IMG/VR virus record: IMGVR_UViG_3300025133_009608 | Span: 252,665-316,664 of that record | Length of the DNA: 64,000 nucleotides | Strand: one strand, 5' to 3' | Part shown: piece by piece, positions 24,830 through 35,400 of the stretch | Layout of the letters: every line of letters starts with the position of its first letter | Position numbering within the stretch: position 1 is the first letter of the stretch | Program-made: the position numbers and the translations under genes | The notes under the pieces: generated by a model | Told to the model about the DNA's origin: nothing | The model's input: the letters and a program-made list of their open reading frames with translations, nothing else | Database searches by the model: none

Positions 24830-27800
24830 CTAACTATCTGCCCCAGCTCCCAAGTTGCATGGCCACGGTCCGTCCACATATGACCCAACTCTTGTATCCG
24901 CAACAACAAAGAAGCATAGCTCGTCTTCTTCGAATGCCTCTATATCGGAGCACAGCCCCAGGCCAATCCTGTCGAGATCTTTAATGTTCACTTCAACGTC
25001 GCCATTAACAAATCCTGACTTCTTAAGGTAAATTCCAAAGTTTAAAACGGTTCTATTCTCAGCGTTTAGAGCATCATATAAAACATTTTTAGTTCTCAAT
25101 GTGGCAATTCCAGTCTGGGGATCTAATGATACCCCAACTTTAAATATAACTCCAGTCGTAACGTCTTCATAGAGAATTTCCAGGGTTATATCCGCCCCAA
25201 CCTCAATGCTTGTTGTTGCGTCCGTGCTCGCCTCAATCAATATCGCCTTATAATACCCCGGCAGGTGGCCGGACTGGGATAACCAGAAAATAACATGCGA
25301 GGTCACGTCGACCTCAAAGGTTTCCCCAACTGCGACTTCTCCTGGCACAAATGTTGACACGAAAGAATCATTGTGCTCGAGCGGATAATCAAACAATGCG
25401 CCCAAGTTATCTGCATTCATTATATTATATGGAGTTATGTTAAACTTGTCGTACGATAATATCGGTTGATATGCGGTCATTTTCAAAGATGCAGATACAA
25501 TATTTGTTTTGGACGTAAGATTAAGCGGGAATGTAGCAGTAACCCTGCTTGCCCCCGCTAGGGCGTCTCTTCCGACAATAATTGACTCTCCGAGCAAATT
25601 ATCTGACTCTAAATCCGACTGGAGAACCACCTCATGCAGCCTAACTGCGAAGTTTACGCCAGCACTCGGTGTATCATAATTTGCAACCTCAAAGTCTACA
25701 GTAGCATCGCCTATGCCGGGGTGAAGATCTGGGTTTTCGCCAATCCTTATATACTGGCCGGTCGGATTTGCCAAAACATCTATTGAGTTGTCATCAAAAT
25801 AGTATGCAGTTACTACCTCATTTACTCTGCGCACTCTAAACAACATGTCTTCGCCCAGCTTCTCTGCGTAATCATCAAAATAATCAAAATCGTATATCAG
25901 AGCACCATCTGCATTAAAAATCTCTCCGCTAAAAAAGACTCCAAGGCCATGTCCCGCAACCTCTCTCCATCCAACCTTTAGCTCCGCCCAGGTTCCGTCA
26001 TCATTTACTATGTCTATCGTAGAGAAGAAAGAGGCCTTTCCGGTGAAAAATAGATCGCTCTCCCACGCGCTCCTCGCTGCTCGAAAATCTATAATAAAAT
26101 CTCCAGACATTCCCGGCGCGGCTGACGGGTACTCTACTCTTCCGTATTTTTCCGTTGAAAACTCTATTGTTGTAATGTCAAACTTTATTCCGCGAGTTGA
26201 CTTTGTTCCATCGTCCTTATCTATTGCCAAAACAGAGGATGACGCATTCCCAAGAGACTCTGCCCATTCGGAAAAGTATATATAAGAACTCTCACTGAGC
26301 TCCTCTCCTATGAGCTCAGTGGCCGTTGTGGCCTCGGCCTCATCTGCATATCCATCGACAACGTACCCGTCGACCAGGGCGTCAACATGAAGACTTGCAA
26401 TGGCTTTCGAAAACTTAACCCTACCCTTTGTAATGTCGGTATCAGTAGCCGAGTCCTCACAGCCAACGTATGTCCCATCCGAAAACTTCATAGCGGGATA
26501 TCCAGACGCAGTAAAGCACTTCCCTTCATCAGACTTTATAAAGTTTGTATAAAGATTTATGCTGCAGCCCTCGATACTGCCAGGCGGAAGGGGTATTGTT
26601 ACGTTGGAGTACTCGAAGTCTCCATGATATGGAATCCCCGGCTCAGAGTAGATCTCTCCATTTGGAATGAACAAATCGTTTGCCAATATTTTTTGTGTTT
26701 TAAACTGAGGAGTACACAGGGACCCGTCAATGCACTTTGGCTCCTGACAGATGCAGGTTTCAATATGCTCTTCTATGAGGGTGGATTCAACGAACCTTCT
26801 TAAGTCACAAATATCTACAAACCTCTCGTCAAACGCGGCTCCTATGCTTGATATGGAATAATTCTTTTTGACAAATGGGACGCTCATCAAGTTTATGTTA
26901 TCAGCAAAAACGTTTACCCTGGTTCCGCTAATAATTATGACATTAAAGTCGGATGCTCCAGAGAATTCAACGTCTGCCCCGTCCATGCTGGAGACGACAA
27001 CCGAAACGTCCAGACCAGATGTGCCGACGGTTTTGGCTGTAATTTCAAACTCTCCGGCATCCGCTTGGTCCGAGGGTATTTCGATCTTATCCCCGACCCT
27101 AATGGCGAGAGCCTCCAAATCAGAGGACGTAGAAAATGAAATAACATTGCCTCCGGATGCAGATGAGCCGGACGATACGGAATCGGAAAATACCTCTGGA
27201 TAATCAGATGATTCAAAAATATTCTCCAGCCGAAGCCTTAATATCTTAAAAGTCTCATCCGCAGAAAAATTTACATAGCCGTCTACAGCGTCTTCCATCA
27301 GCTCTATGTCTGTTCCGTCTACTGAGCCATCGGCATTTAAATCTGCCTTTAGAAAGTCTATAATGCCAAACTCTCCGCCGAGAATTCTTCGCTCTGTTGT
27401 CTCCGAATTTATTGTATTTCCGACAACATTGAGTAGCTCTATTATATCGTTTGATGTAATCTCATTATCACCATCCAAGTCTCCGGTGAGAACCTCCTCG
27501 CATATTGCTTCTATTATTCTATAGCGAGATGTACACTCACAATCTGTATCTGGAGTAATCACTTGCCCAACGAGGTTAGCGGCAACAAGGGCCGCCTCCG
27601 GGTTCACTATAACGACCTCATTGGCCTCGATCATTCCCGGGAGATCAATCTCTCCAGAGAATATGCTTGAATCCCGAACGTTTTTATCTGAAATTTTGCC
27701 AAGGAATATACTTGGATTATTATAATCCAGGCTGTCCAGATCTTTTATCATTCCAAAGGATGGGTAGTCTTCTATTTTTGAATAAACAAGATTCCCAGTT

Positions 27801-29383
27801 CTTGGATGAGTCTTGGGGTCTGAAAACTTGTCTTCTCTAGAAAGAGTTAGATAGTTTGTTCCGCCCTCCGATACATCGCTTATGGATATATTTCTCTCGA
27901 ATTTTGATATATGAGTTCCGCCAACATATTCTTCTGTTTTTGGAAGAGTTATTGGGGTTCCATCACTTGCATATGCAGAGCCATTGGTAACTTCTATGGA
28001 GTCGGAATGAATAACAAACCACAAAGATGCCGTTATATCATCAACATAAACTCTATTTTTTGAGTCATATTCTACATACCTGCTCTGCTGGCGACCGAAT
28101 CGCTCTGTTACCGATAGGTCTTGCCCGTTGTCTTCTTTTCTAGATACGGCATCATATCCCTTCTCGAGGAGTATCGTGCCGGTTTTATTGCTCCCTCTTC
28201 TGGAGATTAAAACGACGTAGTATTTATCGACCTCCATCGATGGTTCGATATCGGGGTCTGCAATCAGCATATCAGCAAAATTAAAGCTGACTATCTTCGG
28301 CGTGCTGCTAAGCTCGTATCCAAGATCTTTCAAGTCCTCTTGACTATAGGCTCTTTCCGCTATTGGCTCTGGCTCGGGATCAAAATCAATGAAGTTATCC
28401 GGGACATGATCTGAGGAGCACTTTGTTTCTGTTGACAGCTTGTGAATTGATACAACTATATCTCCAGAAAATTCATACTCAAGGCCCGCATCAGCATCCA
28501 GGTCTTCCTCTATCGATACCAACAAATCGACCCTCTGGAGGTTATTTGTTCTAGATAGAAACTTCTGACCGTACATCGGAGAATCCGACGAAGCAGCCGC
28601 AAAAGACACCTTGCTTTCTGATTCTAGCTCAATGTATAAGTCAGATATTGAATTCTCGGACCCCAATAAGTCTATTATTTCATCTTTTATCGTCTTTTCT
28701 GGATCCGAGCTTATAAAATTAGAAATTCCAATATTTGGAGACTCAACCTGAAAGGACGAGGTCGTACGTGCGAAAACCTTTAGTGGCTCAGCCTCTCTGA
28801 ATATAAAGCCGCCACCGGCATCTGAAATTGAATTAAGGCTTTCAGCATATGACAAAAACTCTGTTCTTCCAGTCCCTCCGGAGAAGTTATTGAAAATAAC
28901 ACCGGAAATACTAGTATAGTAATTTTCTGTAACTTGCACTTCATTATCTTTAAACTCTAAAATCTCAGAGGTCAGAAGTCCCGAATCACCAATGCCGTTG
29001 AATCTTTTTCCTAAAATCAATACCTTTGCGGCATGTCTTCCTCCGAGATTAAGGCCGTGCGCCTCAACCTCGATCCTTTCTCCATGGGCAGAATCTGCCG
29101 GCTGTCGATCAAAATATACGGCAGAGCCGTCAAAGGATCCAGATTCTATTTTGAATTCGGAAGGGTTTGCGCCAGAAGAGTGCGCCCCAGGAGCCGAAGT
29201 ATCCAGAAGAATCCTCTCGCCAAACGGCGCATCTTGAACCACGCCACTTCCGTGAAAGTCAATATTTAGCTCAGATACTAGAGATCTATGATGAATCTGC
29301 TCTTCGTCTAAATCCCTCTCTGTAACCCGCTGCCCATCAAAGAAGTTAATCCTTGGGGCATTGGCTTTTTTCATATTTCCCAT
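24830..29383 (-). CDS. Large baseplate/tail-fibre attachment-type structural protein with a dockerin-like paired Ca-binding repeat
   Basis: N-terminal RINFFDGQRVTERDLDEEQ pattern, typical of proteins following the wedge genes in contractile tails; GDLDGDNEITSND and ADLNADGSVDGTD; beta-rich acidic composition. Confidence 0.65.
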   Translation of the reverse strand: MGNMKKANAPRINFFDGQRVTERDLDEEQIHHRSLVSELNIDFHGSGVVQDAPFGERILLDTSAPGAHSSGANPSEFKIESGSFDGSAVYFDRQPADSAHGERIEVEAHGLNLGGRHAAKVLILGKRFNGIGDSGLLTSEILEFKDNEVQVTENYYTSISGVIFNNFSGGTGRTEFLSYAESLNSISDAGGGFIFREAEPLKVFARTTSSFQVESPNIGISNFISSDPEKTIKDEIIDLLGSENSISDLYIELESESKVSFAAASSDSPMYGQKFLSRTNNLQRVDLLVSIEEDLDADAGLEYEFSGDIVVSIHKLSTETKCSSDHVPDNFIDFDPEPEPIAERAYSQEDLKDLGYELSSTPKIVSFNFADMLIADPDIEPSMEVDKYYVVLISRRGSNKTGTILLEKGYDAVSRKEDNGQDLSVTERFGRQQSRYVEYDSKNRVYVDDITASLWFVIHSDSIEVTNGSAYASDGTPITLPKTEEYVGGTHISKFERNISISDVSEGGTNYLTLSREDKFSDPKTHPRTGNLVYSKIEDYPSFGMIKDLDSLDYNNPSIFLGKISDKNVRDSSIFSGEIDLPGMIEANEVVIVNPEAALVAANLVGQVITPDTDCECTSRYRIIEAICEEVLTGDLDGDNEITSNDIIELLNVVGNTINSETTERRILGGEFGIIDFLKADLNADGSVDGTDIELMEDAVDGYVNFSADETFKILRLRLENIFESSDYPEVFSDSVSSGSSASGGNVISFSTSSDLEALAIRVGDKIEIPSDQADAGEFEITAKTVGTSGLDVSVVVSSMDGADVEFSGASDFNVIIISGTRVNVFADNINLMSVPFVKKNYSISSIGAAFDERFVDICDLRRFVESTLIEEHIETCICQEPKCIDGSLCTPQFKTQKILANDLFIPNGEIYSEPGIPYHGDFEYSNVTIPLPPGSIEGCSINLYTNFIKSDEGKCFTASGYPAMKFSDGTYVGCEDSATDTDITKGRVKFSKAIASLHVDALVDGYVVDGYADEAEATTATELIGEELSESSYIYFSEWAESLGNASSSVLAIDKDDGTKSTRGIKFDITTIEFSTEKYGRVEYPSAAPGMSGDFIIDFRAARSAWESDLFFTGKASFFSTIDIVNDDGTWAELKVGWREVAGHGLGVFFSGEIFNADGALIYDFDYFDDYAEKLGEDMLFRVRRVNEVVTAYYFDDNSIDVLANPTGQYIRIGENPDLHPGIGDATVDFEVANYDTPSAGVNFAVRLHEVVLQSDLESDNLLGESIIVGRDALAGASRVTATFPLNLTSKTNIVSASLKMTAYQPILSYDKFNITPYNIMNADNLGALFDYPLEHNDSFVSTFVPGEVAVGETFEVDVTSHVIFWLSQSGHLPGYYKAILIEASTDATTSIEVGADITLEILYEDVTTGVIFKVGVSLDPQTGIATLRTKNVLYDALNAENRTVLNFGIYLKKSGFVNGDVEVNIKDLDRIGLGLCSDIEAFEEDELCFFVVADTRVGSYVDGPWPCNLGAGADS

Positions 29384-29407
29384 TCACTGCTCCTAACTAA
29401 CACATTG

Positions 29408-29432
29408 TCGATATTAGCTTGATTATTAATAG
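29408..29432 (-). promoter_or_regulatory. Candidate phage promoter CTATT-N12-AATATCGA
   Basis: Minus strand reads CTATTAATAATCAAGCTAATATCGA in a 54-nt intergenic gap, followed by an AGGAG RBS. Confidence 0.55.
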
Positions 29433-29437
29433 AGCCA

Positions 29438-32400
29438 TCAGCAATGATTTCTTGGAAATTTTACCAAGGCATTTGAGTGAGCGGGCTTAAGCCTATTTAC
29501 CAATTCAATTATTAAATCTTCTGTTTTTTCATCAGTTATTCTACCTAGATCGTCTAGAATTTCTATATCAAAGTTATAAATGCCTCTTTCTGGATCGATT
29601 ATCGATGCAAAATTTTCATCGTCTGCCATTACCTTCGTAAAGTTTATAATAGCAGTTGTCATATCATCTTCTATTATTGGATATATGGATTCTTTATTTT
29701 CTGAATAATTTATATCTATATAATTTCCGTAAATATCTCTTGGAATGTGCCTTGCAACCCTACTGAATCGTATATTGTCAATTCTAGAATAAGCCGATCT
29801 TCCTCCGAGGATATCCCCTCCGACTCCTATTGTTCTGAAGTCATCAACAATTTTGATTTTATAATTATTTGATGCAATCGTTCCTCGGGAAGATAATTGC
29901 TGCCCGTAGGTTATTCCGCCATTATACGTTAAATTTGTTCCATAAGTTATTGTTCCGCCCTCGATTCCATCGACAAACATCGTCATATTATCCCGACTGG
30001 AATTTGCCTTATACGTGCAAATTATTCTATGCCAAGTATTTTTTGTCCAATTTATATTTGTCTTCACTGCATTCTCTATTCCACTTGCGGTTATGGAAAA
30101 TACAATTTGGCCAAATTTACTTTTATATATTGATATTCTATCCCCAGAAAACTCCAGGGGAACATATGAGACTACAACGTCTACATCGTGCCCGGGCAGC
30201 GCCTCTCTTAGGCTTACCTCTCTTCCGTTCGGAGATAAAATAGCACCGACGGAGAAATCCTTATCCGTTCCGGTTCCTCCTGCGAGACGTCCGGATATCT
30301 GACTCCTATGTATCTCGTCGAAAAGTATGGCGTCCGCCTCTTCTTGGGTATAAAACTCCGAAAACTCCTTTGTTTTTCTCATTAATCTTATTCCAATGAT
30401 TTTCGAGGCGGCAGAGGGCAGGCGAATAGAAGTTGGGGAGCTGGCCGAGACTCTGGCCATTGCAGATGATGCGATATCTATATAGTATCGGTCTTCGTCG
30501 TCAGCCTCTGTGTCCATGGCCGGACTGACCCAAAGCTCGATGGACCCCTCGTCCCTTCTGAAGTATGAATCTTTATTGTTTAAAATCAATGGCGGTGAGT
30601 TTATGAATCTTGCAGATTCGCCAAAGGCCGAGTTTACACTAACCCCAGAAATATCACTACTCCCTATTCCCGGATAATATGTAGCATCATTAAATATTGG
30701 ACCACCGGCTGCAGCGTGGGACTCGAGATACGTCGCTCTTGAGTCCTCTTTTGAAAATCCAATTCTCATCATGTTGTCAACGAAGGTTGCTTCGTTATTT
30801 ATATGGGCGAGTAATAGGGCTATTTGTTCTGTGTTTAATTTAAATTTAAAGTTCGTTTCTTCATTTAAAAACTCTTTTAAGCGCAGCCTTCTTCGCTGTA
30901 ATTCAATTGGATTCTCAAAATGAATAAGGGCCAGGGTTTGACGGTCAGGGCAGGATCTATTTGGATCATTGAATTCACCAGTAATGCTCCTTACTCCGGC
31001 ACGGCCGGTGGCAACTGGTCGGGTATCTTGCGACATCTCAGAGATTATTTTAAATTCATCAATTACTCCGCCAAACTGCCCCTCTCCTCTTATATCGGTT
31101 CCTATAAATGAATCTTTCCCTATCCTTGGAACGGACACTTTTAGCCTGGTTGGGTAGTCGAGCTCGTATTTTCCAGGATGCAACTCAAAGGGAACGGTCC
31201 CACCGGTCCCTGCCGTTGTAATATTAAATAGGCCAGCCCGATAAGACTCAAACTCTGCAGTTTCGCCACCATTCACCGACTCTGTAATCAAATCTGTCTC
31301 TACAAGCTCGACAACGCATGGTTCGTAGTCGATGTCTGCAACGCCAAGGGACCCGGCAATTCTTGAAACATTTAAAAATGTCTTTGACAACTCAACGCTT
31401 CCGTTTTCTCTTAAGATAACTCTCTCAACTCCGACTCCATCCGTAGTATCTCCAAAAACATCAATAAAACTATCACCCAGGCTGGCGCCATATCCGTCTA
31501 TATATCCATCGCGATCATCACAGAAAATCACATTGTCGGAGTCAAATCGTAGCGTCAGATTCCGCCCCAGATTCTGAGTTGAAATCCTTCCAGACTCCGA
31601 GGTTAGCAAGTTATGCCCAAGCTCAGAGTCAAGCGAAATCTCAAAGTCTACCGACGAGCCCCATGGGCCAGTTTCGTAACTATCAATCGCCGGAATCATT
31701 CGATCAAGAACAACTCTTCGCATAGATATGTCATCCAAATCGATCGGCGGCGTAGAGTGGGTTTTTAGGATGCTCTTTCCGCTATATTTCTCAATGTCAA
31801 ATCCGGAGTCCGAATAGTAAGAAGAGCCAGATAGCCAAATCCCCTCTTTTAGCCTTCCAAGGACGAGTCCAAATGTTCTAATGTGAATGTCTAAATCTGA
31901 ATACTCAATTGTATCTGTACTTTTGCAATCAACATTTCCACCAACAAATTCTATCGTTCGATCCGACACGTTGGCCCGGAAGGATGGCTTAATTATTTCA
32001 TCTCCAGATATTATATTTATCGCCCCACTGTCTACCGAATAGAGAACCCCACCGAGCTCCATCTCTTCTCCGTTACATGTTTTTCTATAAATCGAAAACT
32101 TTTCATTTTTAAGATCTGTTTTAATTCTACTCTTAATTCCGGCTGTCGGAGCAAAAGAGAATCTGATATCTGATGCCGAAGTATTAAATACAACTGGATT
32201 TAAATTAATGCCAGACACTATTGTTACGCGGCTAGAGTCGATTACGCTTCCTATTATTAGCTCTTCTCCGACCATGGTTGGGGCCATTCCGGACGATCTT
32301 ATTATAATAGATCTACCAACCATGTCCGAGGAGAACCCTGCATCGCCGGAGTATAGAGAGCTGGAGCCGGCAGATACCGTTCCGTCCTCATATATGTCTG

Positions 32401-35400
32401 AAAACAATATATTGTCTATCGCAAATCCGTGCAGCACCTCTTGGCCAATGTCTGAAAATTTATCATTTATTTTTATCTTTGCCGAACCACCAAATCTATA
32501 TAGATTTGGAGCCTCTAGGCCATCAAGAAATAGGTGCATTTCATCTTGCTCGTTAAGAGTATTTAACCTCCAACTTGCAGCGACATGATGCAGCTCTCCG
32601 GGCCTAAAGTTCTTTATATTTGTAGCTATATTAAAAACACCCGATTCGGAAGATGACTTACTTTCTTTTATTCTAAAATTTAGAAATCCCTTGCCATCCT
32701 TGAACAGAGAGACTCTTCCGTGGCGCTCATCCTCTCCGGTATCGTATATATACCTGAATCTGTCTGAATTTAAATAAATCTCATCCACGTCATAATCTGG
32801 GCCGGACAGGTAGCCATCGGCGTAACCATCAATATAGCCATCGGCGTAACCATCCACGAACAGGGCCGGCTCTCCCGCAAAGAAGGAGAACAAAACCTTT
32901 GAATCAGTATTTATAAATATATCATTGCTCTCTAGCGTACTCACCCTCTCCTCGTGCCTTCCCTCAAAGGACACTAGGGATAAATCCAGAGAGGAAGATC
33001 TTTCTGAGGCTGGCTCGAAAACAGATGAGTCAAGCCATCTTATCGCAATGTATGGCTCGGACAGGAGATCGCAGTCATCCAGATTGGCATCATTAAAATC
33101 TGACCCGGCAAGCCTTGACAAAATTGTGCTGTCTGCGCTTATTGTTATATTTCCATCTAAATCTTTATCTACGCTTAGTCCGATAAACTCATTAGATATC
33201 CAGTCCAAATATACTATGTCCAAAATGGAGTTATCTACTCCGTCCATAATAACAGCCAGTGGAGTTCCGAAGTTAGCATGAGCTAGGGCGATCTTAATAG
33301 ATATTGATCCATCGCCGATTTCAATTGGAATCATTCCGGAAAACGTACCAGAAATTGCACCATCAAATTCGGACCCGCCGGCTTGATCGATGTAATTTGC
33401 TCGAAAAAATACAGAAGCAGAGTATTCACCGCCGGAGCATGGGAGGCTTGAATAAATAAGCTCATCTCCACCGGAGAGCCCTCCTCCGCTCATTCTATAT
33501 ATTCCTCCGGATTCATTGGTAGAAAAATCACCAACTTTTGCCCACGGGATTGACTCCAGGGACGACCCTCCGGTTATGACGTTTATTAGCTCAGACTGCG
33601 TCTCCCTGATGTTTCTCCACCCAGACTCCTCTATCAGTCCGTCTCCGCAGTATCTGAGCTCCGAGGAGCACACAGCTCCAATACGACACCCGTTTTCATC
33701 TTCACTTCTTCTCGCCCTCAGTACCGATGAAAATTCACCGTTTGTTGTAACCTTTCCTGAAATACCATAATTTGAATGAATTTCTTCAAATGTATTTTGA
33801 AACGATCGAACCGCTCGGTCTACCTTGTAGCTTCCATCCGGAAGTATTGACGGGAAGCCAAAATCAGAATTGATGACGAGAGAATACAGGGCGGGGTCAG
33901 TAGCCATGAGCTGATCTTTGCTTGTAATCTCCCACTCTTCAGAGATTAGGTCTTCATTCTCGCTATACTCGCCCAGAAGAGAAGATATTCCCCAGTATAA
34001 ATATTTAGAAATCTGACACTCAAAATCACAATTTTTATTATCATCATGATACCACGATGATATCGGGTATACAGCCGGAACTATAGGATAATATCCTCCC
34101 CGCGCCGTATTCATGGCGGTTGTCAGCTCCGATCCGACGAAGAGCCCAAACTTGTCCGGGTATGTATTTGAATAGCCCACATCACCTATTAAACTCCACA
34201 CCATTCTGGTCGTTGGATCTACAGCTTCGTCCGAGATGTCATTTGAATATATTACAATACCAGTATTAAACTCTTTATCTTCCCAAATTCTTGACTCAAG
34301 TGAGTCAAAATCGCCTCTATCTTCTGAGACTATTATATATGAATTTCTTTCCGTCAAATTTTGAATAACGAGCTTATTATCAGGATGACCGTCTTCGTCA
34401 TTATCCAAGAGCTGGGCAAGAACATTTGCAACGTGCAGGACTTTTTCGCTTGAAGCCAAGCTCGTAGAGAAAATATGAATCCCGAATACATTAATGTACT
34501 TTACAAGCCCCGCGGCAAAAAACGAAGATAACTCCGCCGGGGGATTGGAAAACTCCAGGGAGAAATCGTCGTATATCGGGAACGCTCCAGATGGAATTAC
34601 TACATTTTTATCTATTCGACTCCTAATAACCCACTGGCCCGCATCTTCAGACAGCGGTGATTCGCAGGTCTCATCGAAGCCTATAAATATCCCCTCGCTT
34701 ACATCCGCATTATGAGGAAGACCAGAAGACACGAGCGGAAAATCATCTTTGTTTACAGAAAACGGCATACGCATGGGGTTTCTTGCGGTCTTTCCAATAA
34801 ATATGTCTTCCAATCCAAACCTATTTTTTATGGAATAATTATATTTTCCTATATTAAATACAGACTGGCACATGCTATCTGGAGCAGATATGGAGATTCC
34901 GTGCCCAAATGATGAGTCGCTATGCGACATAAGATCCGAGTAGAGAACTTGAGCTTTCTTTCCGGCATTTAGGTGCGTCTTTAGCAACACAGAGACAACG
35001 TTATCTAATGGATTATGATCTGTTGTTACATTGACGTGACCAGAGCTCCAATCTAATAGGTAGTCCATATTCTCAAAATTAAAAATTTCTTCAGACAAAG
35101 CGCTGGTTGCGAGGGGAATGGAGACAGATTGAGCCACAACTCTTAATCTTCCAATCGGAAGGTAATCGTTCAAGGCCTTCGACCCTGCGGCGCTAAGATG
35201 CTGCATATTTCCGGGGATTCTCTCGATAATAAATCCGCCAATTTTGGTCGGAATTCCGCCCCTTACCGTTCTTCCTGCAAGATCCAAGAACGCATACACC
35301 TCATATATCCCGCCATTTGAGTCGACGATCTGAAGTACAGACGGGGACTCATCGATAAGGAAATTCTTGTTCAGGAATGACGAAAGATCGATCTCGTGGT

